This document shows positions 10,273 to 20,446 of a stretch of 64,000 bases of DNA, in pieces. The position numbers and the translations under genes were made by a program. The DNA is taken from positions 448,073 through 512,072 of the forward strand of contig CAVUJA010000002.1 in NCBI GenBank assembly GCA_963741715.1, written 5' to 3'. The stretch comes from an uncultured Acidobacteriota bacterium (lineage in GTDB: Bacteria; Acidobacteriota; Vicinamibacteria; Vicinamibacterales; Fen-181). Each line of letters starts with the position of its first letter. The stretch's first letter is position 1. The notes under the pieces were generated by a model that had not been told where the DNA came from, made no database searches, and saw nothing but the letters and a program-made list of their open reading frames with translations.

Positions 10273-10503
10273 ATGCTCAGCGCCCTTTTCCGGAACACGG
10301 AAGCCACCCAATGCGTTACCTGCCGCTTTTTGCAGCCCGAAGACGACCAGGAGGACGTCGTAGTGGGCGAATGCCGCGTTCACCCTCCAGCGCATAATCC
10401 GCTGGCTGGCCAAACGGACGAACTCGACACCGCAGTTGGACTCCCACGTCGCCCGTGGCCGCGAACGGAAAGCCGCGATTGGTGCGGGGCGTGGAAACGG
10501 TAG
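10273..10503 (+). CDS. Small Cys-rich metal-binding protein
   Basis: CxxC...GECRVHPP...WP...DWCG; GGAGA RBS. Confidence 0.65.
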   Translation: MLSALFRNTEATQCVTCRFLQPEDDQEDVVVGECRVHPPAHNPLAGQTDELDTAVGLPRRPWPRTESRDWCGAWKR

Positions 10504-10529
10504 AATCGGCGTCACGACGGGAGGCGCAG

Positions 10530-11243
10530 ATGGGAAGACGCGGCAACGGCTACGGGAGCGAAGACCATTTCTGGACGTATCGGACGGAGTCGAAGGACCC
10601 GCTCGACCGTTGCCTCCTGGCAGCGACCGGTTTGCGGGGCGTCCCAGCGTGGGTCTACCCGGACCCGGCACGTCCAGACATAGAGGAACCAAAGGGCATG
10701 GGTTTCTGCTCAGACCCGGCGCTTCAAGAGGAATGGGAGAAGTTCTGGCCTCAAACTGGTAACCAACAGCGTTGGGACGGCGTTGCGATGGTTGATAGGG
10801 AGTGGCTCCTAATTGAGGCGAAGGCCAATCACCCAGAATTCGTCGGTGGCCCCTGCGGTGCCTCGTTCGGGAAACGCGTTGAGCCGGGAACGCTCTCGAG
10901 TCGCCAGATGATCGAGGACGCTCTGAACCGAACGAAGGAGGCGCTAGGTGTCCATCAGGACTTCTCATGGCTCGGGAGCTACTATCAATACGCCAATCGC
11001 CTCGCGGCCCTGCATTTTCTGACTCGCCGCGGCACCGCTGCCCGCCTTGTGTTCGTTCACTTCTGTGGCGACTCATTCCCGGATGGGCGCTACTGCCCGA
11101 GCAGCGAACGAAACTGGATTCCACTGATCGAGTCGCGGCGAATCACATTGGGCCTGCCCGCCCGCCATCCTCTGTCGGATCGGGTCCATGATGTATTCCT
11201 GGATGTGCCGGTTCGGCTTCAACCAGATGCCCGTTCTGACTAG
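10530..11243 (+). CDS. Putative PD-(D/E)XK nuclease-fold protein
   Basis: WDGVA...LLIEAKAN...YYQYANRL; GGAGG RBS before the ATG at 10530. Confidence 0.65.
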   Translation: MGRRGNGYGSEDHFWTYRTESKDPLDRCLLAATGLRGVPAWVYPDPARPDIEEPKGMGFCSDPALQEEWEKFWPQTGNQQRWDGVAMVDREWLLIEAKANHPEFVGGPCGASFGKRVEPGTLSSRQMIEDALNRTKEALGVHQDFSWLGSYYQYANRLAALHFLTRRGTAARLVFVHFCGDSFPDGRYCPSSERNWIPLIESRRITLGLPARHPLSDRVHDVFLDVPVRLQPDARSD

Positions 11244-11338
11244 GTGGCTCGGACCACAAGAGCCGATGCCATTGCTGCCCGCGGTAGAACGAGCGGGCGG
11301 TCCCGGCCCTAATTCCCTCTTTCCACCGGAGCGCTGTC

Positions 11339-12808
11339 GTGACGCGTTATAACCCGAACCGCAAGCCGTTTCCACGCGAGAGCTTCATCCAGAAGGCTGC
11401 CTTGCACGAGAAGATCCATCCCTTCCAGCGCCAGGCTCACCAGTGCTACTTCAAGGAGAAGAACCCCAAGGGGTACCAGCACGACCTCGGCGCTCAGGAT
11501 GTCTTCCTCGACAACTTCGGGATGTTCTGCGACGAGCAATTCGACGGCAACGAGCCGGTGAAGGGGCAGTACTTTCGGGCAGTCCGGGTCCTCATGGAGC
11601 GATGGATGGCGCTCGGGTACTCCGTGCTGCAGCGCAAACCCTGGTGGGGAACCTACTTCAACGACGAGAGCCGGCAGGCGAACACTGGAGAGCCGCGCAG
11701 TCTGGTCCGTCTTCTCGGCGACCATGACTGGTCGCACGTTCGTCATGAGGACCTGTGGCCGCTGACTGGCTTGGGGCCGAATGAAGTGGCGCTTCGCGAG
11801 GGTGACCTCTGGGATGGACGCCGGCTTCTTCGACTACGCGACTATATCAGCCGACTGGCCGGTGACGCCGTCTCGCCGTCCGAACTTGTGACCTTGCTAA
11901 CAAGATACGACGATTGGGACGAGCGCCTTCTCTTCCCCGAGAGAGAGGACCAACCGAGCGCCACAGAAGGCCGCGTAACGCGTCGTCCTGGGGGGCTTCC
12001 GCTCCCGATCGATCACCCAAAGACCGTTCCGTCGCTCCGGGTTCTTCATCCACGAGAGTCGACTCCTGACCTCCACATGCGTGTGGGGGCTAGGGCGGAA
12101 GACCGGCAAGCGTACAGGCGCATCGTCAGGGACCAGGGTATCCTGCCCACTTGCACTGCCAATGCCTTTGCGATGGCGCTGGATCTCGCCGCCTGGAGAC
12201 GTTACGGCAGAATTCCTCGATTCAGCTCGGCTTGGCTCCACTGTGCTTCGGGCGAGCAGCGTGGCACTGGAAGGTCCTTGAGGGCTTGCATCGACATTGT
12301 CAGCCGGTCCCTGCCCTGCACCGAACGGTCCTTTAGGTATCCCCAACTCGAAGAGCAACTGGCATGGATGGCCAGAAATGACGAGTGGAGGACGGCTGCG
12401 CGTGTCAAAGACAGCGAAACTCAGCGGGACCAGCGTGGGCTGCCCTGCACGGTCCAACTCAGGCCTGACGCCATTTCCGACATCAAGACGAGATTGGCCG
12501 CCGGTTGGTCCGTGATCGTCGGCACTTCGCTGACGGAAGAGATGATCGGGGTCAACTTCGACAAGTTCGGCATGGCGCTGTCTCCTCTAATCGGGCAAAC
12601 GCGTCTCGATACAGGCCACGCTTGGTTGCTGGTCGGCTACGACCATACGGACGGGACGAAGGGGTGGAAGTACCAGGGGAGTTTCTATGCTCTCAACTCT
12701 TGGGGAGCGACGTTTCCGGCGAGCGGTGCGTTCGGCGAGGGAGTCTGCGCGATACCGTTCGCTACTCTGCTTACGGAGGGAGTCGAAGCGTACGCCCTGC
12801 GGTTCTGA
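11339..12808 (+). CDS. Papain-like (C1) cysteine peptidase with unrecognised N-terminal domain
   Basis: DQG..TCTANA (Cys), GHAWLLVGYD (His), NSWG (Asn); no signal peptide. Confidence 0.85.
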   Translation: MTRYNPNRKPFPRESFIQKAALHEKIHPFQRQAHQCYFKEKNPKGYQHDLGAQDVFLDNFGMFCDEQFDGNEPVKGQYFRAVRVLMERWMALGYSVLQRKPWWGTYFNDESRQANTGEPRSLVRLLGDHDWSHVRHEDLWPLTGLGPNEVALREGDLWDGRRLLRLRDYISRLAGDAVSPSELVTLLTRYDDWDERLLFPEREDQPSATEGRVTRRPGGLPLPIDHPKTVPSLRVLHPRESTPDLHMRVGARAEDRQAYRRIVRDQGILPTCTANAFAMALDLAAWRRYGRIPRFSSAWLHCASGEQRGTGRSLRACIDIVSRSLPCTERSFRYPQLEEQLAWMARNDEWRTAARVKDSETQRDQRGLPCTVQLRPDAISDIKTRLAAGWSVIVGTSLTEEMIGVNFDKFGMALSPLIGQTRLDTGHAWLLVGYDHTDGTKGWKYQGSFYALNSWGATFPASGAFGEGVCAIPFATLLTEGVEAYALRF

Positions 12809-12928
12809 TGCGTAGCGTCTACCAGGCCGGAGGTCGCGGCACCGCACCGAGGCTGCCCGATAACCCGCAACGTCGTCGTGCTACGATGAGCGCCGACGAC
12901 CAGCGGCGTTGAGGGAGGCGGGACTTCT

Positions 12929-13221
12929 ATGGCGAAAGCAGGCAAGCCAAAGGGAGAGGCAGCGCAGTACCTCCCGCTCGAGAATTGGCTGCGTACCAAG
13001 GGTGAATGCACAGAGACTTGGCGCGTCGGGCAAAAGCCAAACATCAAGATCAAGGTCCCTGGGAAATACGCTCGCACCCCAGACGTAGTCGGCGTCAGGC
13101 AGACGGCGAGCGGCTGGGATGTCCTGCTCGTGGAGGCGAAGAACCCGAAAGGTGGCCATGCACTGAACGTGGGAATCGCCCAACTTGAGGCCCTCCGCCC
13201 CTGGGCCGACTTCCTGATACT
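12929..13221 (+). pseudogene. PD-(D/E)XK nuclease truncated by IS3
   Basis: TPDVVG...LLVEAK...GIAQL; the frame runs into the IS left end. Confidence 0.65.
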
Positions 13222-13275
13222 TGGCCTTGATCCGATTCCGTAGACACTTCCCGAAAGGTGGCTACGATGGGATCG

Positions 13276-13587
13276 ATGGCGAAAGAGAAACCACGACAGC
13301 GCGTCCGGCGGAGCTTCACGGATGAGTACAAAGCCGGCGCGGTCCGGCTGGTGATCGACGAGGGCAAGAGCGTGGGCCAGGCGGCCCGCGAGTTGGACCT
13401 CACCGAGTCGGCGTTACGGAGTTGGGTGGAGCGAGCCCGCGCCGATGGCGGCACGGGGAAGCCCGGCGTGCTCACGACGGCGGAGCGCGAGGAGCTGGGG
13501 CGGCTGCGGAAGGAGAATCGCACGCTCCGGATGGAGCGCGACATCCTAAAACAAGCGGCGGCCTTCTTCGCGAAAGAGAATGCGTGA
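13276..13587 (+). CDS. IS3 transposase OrfA
   Basis: RRSFTDEYKAGAV...HTH...LRMERDILKQAAAFFAKE. Confidence 0.92.
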   Translation: MAKEKPRQRVRRSFTDEYKAGAVRLVIDEGKSVGQAARELDLTESALRSWVERARADGGTGKPGVLTTAEREELGRLRKENRTLRMERDILKQAAAFFAKENA

Positions 13588-14441
13588 AGTTCGCATTCAT
13601 CGACGCCAAGAAGGCCGCGTTTCCCATCAGCGCCTTGTGCCGGTGTCTCCGGGTGTCCCGCAGCGGCTTCTACGCGTTCCGCCACCGGCCGGAGTCGACG
13701 CACGCGCGCACGGACCGACGGCTGCGCGTCGCAGTCCGCGCCTCGTTTGACGCGAGTCGCCGACGCTACGGCAGTCCGCGGGTCCATGCCGACCTGGCGG
13801 ACCAGGACGTGCGTGTCAGTCGGAAGCGGGTGGCGCGGGTCATGCGAGAGGAGGGCCTGAAAGCCCGCCCGCGGAAGCGCTTCAAGTGCACGACGATGAG
13901 CGACCACGACCAGCCGGTGGCCGCGAATCTGCTCAATCGAGACTTCACCGCCGAGGCGCCCAATCAGCGCTGGGTCGGCGACACGTCGGAGTTTCTGGTC
14001 GGAGACGGCGGGAAGCTCTATCTCGCCGTCGTCCTCGACTTGTTCTCGCGCTTCGTGGTCGGCTGGGCCGTGAGCGCGGTGAACGATCGTCACCTGACGA
14101 TGAAAGCGCTCGGGATGGCGATCAAACGGCGCTGTCCCGAGGCCGGCCTGTTGCACCATTCGGATCAAGGCTGCACGTACGCCAGCGAGGATTACCAGGC
14201 CATCCTCGAGACGTTCGGCATCACGTGCAGCATGAGCCGCCGGGGCGACTGCTACGACAATGCCGTCATGGAGAGCTTCTTCTCGACGGTGAAAGCGGAG
14301 TTGGGCGAGCACTTCGAAAGCTACGGGCTGGCGAAGGCGGAGCTGTTCGACTACATCGAGGTGTTCTACAACCAGCAGCGGCGGCATTCGACGCTCGGGC
14401 TCATCAGTCCGGCGGCTTTCGAGCGCCGCGCGGCCGCGTAG
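13584..14441 (+). CDS. IS3 transposase OrfB (DDE/rve)
   Basis: WVGDTS, HHSDQG, DNAVMESFF; GTG start overlaps the OrfA stop. Confidence 0.92.
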   Translation: MKFAFIDAKKAAFPISALCRCLRVSRSGFYAFRHRPESTHARTDRRLRVAVRASFDASRRRYGSPRVHADLADQDVRVSRKRVARVMREEGLKARPRKRFKCTTMSDHDQPVAANLLNRDFTAEAPNQRWVGDTSEFLVGDGGKLYLAVVLDLFSRFVVGWAVSAVNDRHLTMKALGMAIKRRCPEAGLLHHSDQGCTYASEDYQAILETFGITCSMSRRGDCYDNAVMESFFSTVKAELGEHFESYGLAKAELFDYIEVFYNQQRRHSTLGLISPAAFERRAAA

Positions 14442-14726
14442 GGTGTGGACGCTGCCATCCCGGTGGACGCACAGAACGCGCCCACCGTGATTTGGAAATC
14501 TCGCAGAGAACGCGAGATTCCCACAGCGCCCACGACCCGATGTACAGTTCATGAAGGGAGACGACAGAACAGACCTCAGCTAGCGTTACTCACCTGTCTA
14601 CCAAATCGGATCACGGTCAGCCACAGCTCGAGCGCGAACACCACCCGGCCCAGCGGATCGCGCCTGCGCTTGGCCGGCGCCTGCGGCACAAATCCTCCTC
14701 GTGCATGGTTTCCGGCGACTGGCGTC

Positions 14727-14758
14727 AGGATAAGCGACAGGCATGACAGGGCGGGTCA
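14727..14758 (-). promoter_or_regulatory. Putative WYL box plus -10, upstream of a gene cut by IS3
   Basis: TGACCCGCCCTGTCA-N11-TATCCT; downstream GAGGAGGA RBS and GTG give MPQAPAKRRRDPLGRVVFALELW, which abuts the IS end. Confidence 0.65.
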
Positions 14759-15379
14759 CTTCCCGCCGTCCGGCCTCAGAAGCCACACGGTGGGCGGCTG
14801 CCCTCTCCGGAACCAATCGGACGCGACACCGACAGCATGTCCGCGACGGACGACGGCAAACGCCGGACCGCCCCAGAGAGTGAAGCCCAGCGAACAACCG
14901 CCGTGGGCCTGTTCGTCGACCAACACGCCGTCCACGTAGATGCGCACCAGCTTGTACCAGAGGCCGGGGCCGCCTCCGGTGCCAGTCGCCCAGTCGATGT
15001 GAATCGTCCGCGTGCCAATCGTTGTCGACGCGTGCAGGTGGCGACGACCGGATAGGAGACCTTCGCCGCCAGCGAGCAGAGTGGCGTCGCCGGGTCCGAC
15101 AGTCCACTCCACGGGCAGCGGCGTAGCGGGCGTCCACGAGAGACGGCGCCGGCGGGCGCGAAGGACCGCTGTGCGTTCCTCGGGGGTGAGGTGGATACCG
15201 CCGGATGCGCAGCGCATGAAGACGTAGATCTTCCACGCTGCCCAGCGCGTGCCCAACGGACAGGGCGCGGGATCAGAAGCAGACGGACTGGAGAGGCTAG
15301 GATCGGTCACGATGTCCATCCTATCGAAGGACATCCAGAGGCCGAGGTCGACTCGGCCGTCTGCGGGGTCATCCCGCAA
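14756..15379 (-). CDS. Hypothetical protein
   Basis: ORF directly downstream of the box at 15402-15416; no recognisable motif. Confidence 0.4.
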   Translation of the reverse strand: MRDDPADGRVDLGLWMSFDRMDIVTDPSLSSPSASDPAPCPLGTRWAAWKIYVFMRCASGGIHLTPEERTAVLRARRRRLSWTPATPLPVEWTVGPGDATLLAGGEGLLSGRRHLHASTTIGTRTIHIDWATGTGGGPGLWYKLVRIYVDGVLVDEQAHGGCSLGFTLWGGPAFAVVRRGHAVGVASDWFRRGQPPTVWLLRPDGGK

Positions 15380-15384
15380 GAGAG

Positions 15385-15416
15385 ATCATCTCACGCGGGT
15401 GTGACAGGGTAGGTCA
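15385..15416 (-). promoter_or_regulatory. Putative WYL box (weak -10)
   Basis: TGACCTACCCTGTCA-N11-GATGAT. Confidence 0.55.
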
Positions 15417-15571
15417 TAGGCCGAGTACCGGAATCCCGCCGTGTCTGTCACCTCGCTCCGATGTACACTTCGCCGCGCCTGAACGCCCGCACGGTCGGCG
15501 CCGAGCGACGGGGCTCTCAAATGCCTGTTCTTTTCGATGAAGCGTCGGAGCCCGGGGAACCGACGTGGCTA

Positions 15572-15603
15572 TGACCCACCCTGTCACACCCAGGTGCTAC
15601 AAC
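15572..15603 (+). promoter_or_regulatory. Putative WYL box plus -10
   Basis: TGACCCACCCTGTCA-N11-TACAAC; ATG follows after 6 nt. Confidence 0.6.
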
Positions 15604-15609
15604 CAATGC

Positions 15610-16336
15610 ATGCACACCCGCTACAGCCCTGCCCGGGTGAACCTCGTCCTGCTGATCCTCGGGCTGGCGTGCTTCGTGAGCCAATTACCGGCAGGTGCCC
15701 AGGGCAAGGGCACCTTCACAGGCATCATCACTCACGTGGCAGATGGCGACACGCTCAGCGTCACGGCGAACGGGAGAACGGAAGTCATCCGCCTCGATGG
15801 CATCGACGCCCCGGAGGCCGGGCAGGCCTTCGGTGGTCAGGCGCGGCAGCGCCTGCGCGTGCTGGCGTTCTCCCAGCCGGCGACGGTTCACGTCCGCGAC
15901 CGCGACCGCTACGGTCGCCTGGTGGCGCGCGTGATTGTCGGTGGGCGCGATCTGAGCGAGGAGATGGTCAGGGCAGGATTCGCGTGGCAGTACACTCAGG
16001 TACTCTGCCGACGGCCAGCTCGCCGCACTCGAACAACAGGCGAGACAACAGCACGTCGGGCTGTGGGCCGATCGAACCGCCGTAGCGCCGTGGCAGTATC
16101 GCAAGGAGCATTCCCGGGGCGCCCCGGGGCCGCATGTGCCCGGAGTGCCGCCAGTTGTCTCTCCGGCAAGCGGCCCGTTCCACGGAAATATCTCGAGCCA
16201 CGTCTATCACGCACCCAGTTGCCGGGACTACAACTGCCGCAACTGCACGTGGGTGTTTACCACTCGTCAGGAAGCCGAGGCAGCGGGCTATCGGCCGCAC
16301 GACGCGTGCGTTCATGCCGCTAAAGGTCCGCGGTGA
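15610..16336 (+). CDS. Secreted thermonuclease (SNase) with C-terminal Ada-like Zn-binding domain; frameshifted near 16000
   Basis: VADGDT, IRLDGIDAPE, DRYGRLVA; second frame gives GNISSHVYHAPSC...C..C...EAEAAGYRP. Confidence 0.85.
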
Positions 16337-16401
16337 TGGGACCGGGGGACTGACCATTCCGTGAGCGCGACCCGAGTACCGCGCTCGGCACAGGGAGCGA
16401 A

Positions 16402-16662
16402 GTGATGCTGACGATCGATGAGAAGACACTGAACCAGATGGAGGAGCAGCATCCGGGCGTCCGGGAGACCATCGTCTACTTCGAGGAGGCCGCCGTATCG
16501 GCCTGCACCCGCTGCGGGTCAAGTGACACGGCAACGGTGGGGTGCGGCCTCGTCGGGCGCACGATCTATATCGCCACCGCCACCACGAAGTTCAAGTTGA
16601 TCCCGAACGGTCCGGCGCCAGGGAAGTACTTCTGCCACACATGCAGCGGGTTCTTTGGTTAA
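16402..16662 (+). CDS. Small Zn-ribbon protein
   Basis: CTRCGS and FCHTCS pairs; GGGAG RBS. Confidence 0.6.
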   Translation: MMLTIDEKTLNQMEEQHPGVRETIVYFEEAAVSACTRCGSSDTATVGCGLVGRTIYIATATTKFKLIPNGPAPGKYFCHTCSGFFG

Positions 16663-16688
16663 GGTGAAAGACCAACGCCGCGGCACCT

Positions 16689-18383
16689 CTACTGTTTCAG
16701 CGCCGGTCGCAATCCCAGCCTGTCGATAGTCCCCGCGCTGGCCACCACGGCGAGGTGCAGCCGGGCTCGACTGAGCCCGACGTAGAGCAGCGCGTTCTCT
16801 TCGTCCGGCGCAAGGTGGTCGATGCCGGTCAGGATGACCACCGGCCGCTCGAGCCCTTTGAACCGACGGACCGAATCGAGCAGCACCTTCCGCGGCTCGG
16901 CGGCCTGGTCGGTCGTCGTCCAGAAGGTGCCGATCCTCTCGCCACGCTTCAGCGGGCCGTTCGCCGACGAGCCGTAGAGCACGGCGATGTCGCGCTCGGG
17001 GACCCCCTCCTCTCGCACCAGCCGGTGCAGCACGCGTTGGATCTCACGAACTGCGACGGCCGGTGTTTCGGCGGAAATGCACTCCACGTCCCGCCCTTCC
17101 GGTCCCTTGGCGCGTAGCGGCTGACCGCGATAGAACTTCGTCGTCACCGCATGGATACGTTGGGTATTGCGCAGGTTGTCGCGCAGGACGCACTCGTTCA
17201 GCCCCGTCGGGAACGAGCTGACTCGCCGGTACACCTGCTGGTTGTCGTCGTGGAAGACGTACAGGATGCCGTCCTTTTGGTCCGCCAGGCACAGCTCGAG
17301 CGGTGGCCACCAGCTCTCGCGGAAGTCCTGACCCTCGTCGACGACGATGGCGTCGAAGCGTCGGTCTGGGAAGCGACCGAGCGCCGTGAACAGCGCGTCC
17401 GGCAGCGTCGTGTCGAAGAAGCTGGACGACAACTCGCTGTTCGGCTCCGGCAGCGGCAGGCCGGCGTCCTTCGCCATCCTCCAGCAGAAGTCGTGGAAAT
17501 TGGCGATCTCCAGGCGCTCGACGTGGCCCGAGGACCGGCGGAGGAACTCTGCAAGCGGCTTATTGAAGCAGGTGAACAGGACCCGGCACCCTTCCGCCGC
17601 GAGTCGCCTCGCCTTCTCGAGCGCGAGCACGGTCTTCCCGGTCCCGGCCCCGCCCGACACGGCCACCCGCCGCTGGCGCGACAGCATGTCGAGCACGTCG
17701 AACTGGTCCTCGGTGAGGCGGAGCAGCTCGCGGTCTTCATCCGCCAGCACGTCCCCGAGCGGCTGGCGCAGGTTGAAGCTCGGGGCGAGCAGATCCTTCA
17801 ACGTGCTCACGAGCAGCGGTGTGGGCCGGAGGCTGCCGCCCATCGCGCCATTCCAGTAGTCGAACATCCGCGCGATGCGGTCGGCCACGTGCGCCATGTC
17901 CTCGGCGAAGACGGTGATATCCCGCGGGCCGTCGGGCGTCAGCGGGCGGTGAGGGTCGTGCGAGGCGGGCAGCACCACGCCGTGACCGAGGGCCACCCAG
18001 GCCCGGCCAATCGCCGGGTGCTCCGCCAGCTTCTGCAGCAGTGCGTGCTTCGAGACACGAACCTGCTCGTAGGGGTCCTGGATGTCGTGCTCGTGGTGCG
18101 AGCGGTCGATGCTGATCCACCGCCCCGAGGCGCCGTCGCGGCACACCTGACCGCCCTTCACCTCGAGCAGGAGGATCCCCTTCTGGGGATTGGCGATCAC
18201 GAAGTCCACTTCCCCATCGCGCGCGCCCTCGCCCTTGGACTTCGCCAGCCATGCGACGCTGTAGAACACCAGGTGCCCCTCGTCCAACTGGGCCTGCAGC
18301 GCGGGGTAGACGTCCCGTTCAGCCTCGCGCGCGGGATTGCGGATCACCGTCTCCGGCAGCGGCGTCGGAAACATCGTCGGCAT
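16689..18383 (-). CDS. NERD nuclease fused to an SF1/UvrD-like helicase
   Basis: GEVDFV...LLEVKGG (NERD); GGAGTGKT, VDEGQDF, NLRN, FKGLE, YVGLSRA. Confidence 0.9.
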   Translation of the reverse strand: MPTMFPTPLPETVIRNPAREAERDVYPALQAQLDEGHLVFYSVAWLAKSKGEGARDGEVDFVIANPQKGILLLEVKGGQVCRDGASGRWISIDRSHHEHDIQDPYEQVRVSKHALLQKLAEHPAIGRAWVALGHGVVLPASHDPHRPLTPDGPRDITVFAEDMAHVADRIARMFDYWNGAMGGSLRPTPLLVSTLKDLLAPSFNLRQPLGDVLADEDRELLRLTEDQFDVLDMLSRQRRVAVSGGAGTGKTVLALEKARRLAAEGCRVLFTCFNKPLAEFLRRSSGHVERLEIANFHDFCWRMAKDAGLPLPEPNSELSSSFFDTTLPDALFTALGRFPDRRFDAIVVDEGQDFRESWWPPLELCLADQKDGILYVFHDDNQQVYRRVSSFPTGLNECVLRDNLRNTQRIHAVTTKFYRGQPLRAKGPEGRDVECISAETPAVAVREIQRVLHRLVREEGVPERDIAVLYGSSANGPLKRGERIGTFWTTTDQAAEPRKVLLDSVRRFKGLERPVVILTGIDHLAPDEENALLYVGLSRARLHLAVVASAGTIDRLGLRPALKQ

Positions 18384-18415
18384 GATGGCAGGATCATAGC
18401 CGAAGAGGCACGTGC

Positions 18416-18829
18416 TTACTCTGACGGCACGTTCGAAGCCTCCGTCCCCTGGGAACATGCTCGTTCCCAACCCGGCAGCCAGTAGTCGACGAGTTCGAAA
18501 ACCGGGTCGTCTTTGTCCTTGGCCCGCTCCCGCACAATCGCGATCACCTGGCGGCGGAAATCAGGATGCACGTAGTCGGCCTCCAGCACGTGCCATACGA
18601 AGTGATCCAGCAGCGTCAGCGCGGCTTCCCAGGACTCCACCGGGCCGATGACGCGCACAGACGGCCGGTCCGACGACGCTGACGGCGGCCGCTCATCGTT
18701 GACGACGAAGAAGGCAGTCCATCCTGTCGGTCTGCGCACGGCCGCCAGGATGAGCGACCCTCCTTCACTCACCATACGAACAATCGTCTCGCCGGCCAGG
18801 GTTGCGGGTGGTGCTGGGTGTTGCGCCAA
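18416..18829 (-). CDS. Hypothetical protein (paralogue of 29380-29781)
   Basis: Shared EGGSL and GPV..WE.AL.LLD...W...VH..F pattern. Confidence 0.65.
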   Translation of the reverse strand: MAQHPAPPATLAGETIVRMVSEGGSLILAAVRRPTGWTAFFVVNDERPPSASSDRPSVRVIGPVESWEAALTLLDHFVWHVLEADYVHPDFRRQVIAIVRERAKDKDDPVFELVDYWLPGWERACSQGTEASNVPSE

Positions 18830-18832
18830 GAC

Positions 18833-19732
18833 TCATCCTCCTTGAACCGCCGCCGCAATCGTCAGCCGGTGCAACTTCACCAGCTCCGACTGGTCGAGAC
18901 GACCGCCGGTGTAGCCGCCGGCCAGGGTGAACGCCACGCCGACGCGGTTCCGCCGCGCCCACTCGAATACCACTCGTTCACGCGCTGCAATCATAGCGGT
19001 AGTAATCCCTGCGAGACCACCGATGGCCGAGTCTTCGTGCGGATCCATGCCGGCGTTGTAGATGAGCAGGTCGAACGGCTCATCCGCCAGCGCGTCGAGC
19101 CGCGCGGCCAGCGTGGGCAGGTAGTCCTCCGCCCGGGCGATGATCTCGAGCGTAGAGCGGCTTCCTGAGTCCGCCTGATAGAAGTCGGTCCTGCACACCG
19201 AGATGTCCGCCTGGACGACACCCGGAACATCGCGGACGAGACTGTATGTGCCGCCGCCGCAGTGTGCGTCGAGGTCGAGAATGAGGATGCGCCTCGGACG
19301 CTGGCATTGAAGCGCCGTCACGGCGCGTACCGCGAGCGCGATCCCGTTGAACGTACAGAACCCGCAGCCACTGGCGCGACGCGCGTGGTGCAGGCCCGAC
19401 GAGAGCGCGCCCGCGTGCGAGCCGGTCTTGAGGCCGTGGAGCGCCGCTTCGACGACTCCGCCATTCGACGCGCAGACCGCCGTCCAGAGGCCCTCGTCCC
19501 AGCGGAAGCCGTTGGACTCGGCGAGGGAGCGCGGCTCACCTGTCCGCACGGCTCGGACGTAGTCGGGCGCGTGCACGGCCTCGAGCTGCGCCGGAACGAG
19601 CGGCGCAGGCTCCACCAGTTCAGTGCCGGCGATCGCGCGGGCACCGAGCGACTCGGCGATCCAAGCGGCCTTTCGGGTCGTGTCGAATTCTTCCCCGGCC
19701 GCCACAAAGGCATTGGAATAGAAGACCCTCAT
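18833..19732 (-). CDS. Histone deacetylase-family (Zn-dependent) hydrolase
   Basis: GLHHA, GFCTFN, DLDAHCGGGT, NAGMD, GGY. Confidence 0.9.
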   Translation of the reverse strand: MRVFYSNAFVAAGEEFDTTRKAAWIAESLGARAIAGTELVEPAPLVPAQLEAVHAPDYVRAVRTGEPRSLAESNGFRWDEGLWTAVCASNGGVVEAALHGLKTGSHAGALSSGLHHARRASGCGFCTFNGIALAVRAVTALQCQRPRRILILDLDAHCGGGTYSLVRDVPGVVQADISVCRTDFYQADSGSRSTLEIIARAEDYLPTLAARLDALADEPFDLLIYNAGMDPHEDSAIGGLAGITTAMIAARERVVFEWARRNRVGVAFTLAGGYTGGRLDQSELVKLHRLTIAAAVQGG

Positions 19733-19741
19733 ATGTGACCC

Positions 19742-19773
19742 ATGGTAGGCGCCCGGTATGACAGGGCGGGTCA
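19742..19773 (-). promoter_or_regulatory. Putative WYL box plus -10
   Basis: TGACCCGCCCTGTCA-N11-TACCAT. Confidence 0.7.
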
Positions 19774-19837
19774 CGCCCGGATGGCGACGCTGGACCGCGA
19801 TTCGGCTACCGGCGGGACGGAGACTGAGTTCGAGGCC

Positions 19838-20446
19838 CTATTTGTGTGGCGGATTGTCCAGGATCCGGACAACGCTCGGCCACAGCCGCGCGAAGTAGTC
19901 GCCTGACGGCGCAATCCGGCGGTCCGTCTCCTGATAGAGCCGTTCCGCAAACCGGACCATCGCGCGCGCCTCGGGACGCCGCAGACGGGCGGGATCAAGG
20001 TCACGAAGGCGCACCCGGTCCAGGCCGTCGGCGTCCTTCAGCAAGGCGGTCAGTTGCCAGGACGGATCGGCTGGCAGCGGTTCGCCGGCCGAGTGAAGGG
20101 TCACCGCCGACTGAATGGCCGGGTAGTCCTCGTCGCACACGCCTCCGCGTGCAAACAGCGCCCGAACGTCCGGCAGATCGGCCAGGCGTGCCCAGGCGTC
20201 GGCCCCATGGCGCGCACTTCTCCCGTCGTGGCGGCGAGCGATGTCGTGCAGGTAGACCGCCGCCCAGAGACGCGGCATCTCGTGGACGAACCCCGTGGCT
20301 TCGACGAGCCGGAAGGCGTGCACGAGCACGCGCGACACGTGGGCCTGGCCATGGAGCAGGCTCAAGTGCCAGAACAGCTCCGGCGGAGGAACCAGTTCCT
20401 CGTCCGGCACGGTGACCAGGGACCTGACGTCTTCGAGGCTCATCAC
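19838..20446 (-). CDS. HD-domain phosphohydrolase
   Basis: HGQAHVSRV, LHDIAR, DADGLDR. Confidence 0.85.
   Translation of the reverse strand: MMSLEDVRSLVTVPDEELVPPPELFWHLSLLHGQAHVSRVLVHAFRLVEATGFVHEMPRLWAAVYLHDIARRHDGRSARHGADAWARLADLPDVRALFARGGVCDEDYPAIQSAVTLHSAGEPLPADPSWQLTALLKDADGLDRVRLRDLDPARLRRPEARAMVRFAERLYQETDRRIAPSGDYFARLWPSVVRILDNPPHK

Larger units (their letters stand above)
13222..14619 (+). mobile_element. IS3-family insertion sequence
   Basis: TG...CA ends; 25-bp terminal IRs matching 21/25; no target duplication visible. Confidence 0.92.

Noticed and set aside
13560..13590. Programmed -1 frameshift in IS3
   Set aside because: No clear slippery heptamer; the GTGA start/stop overlap suggests translational coupling
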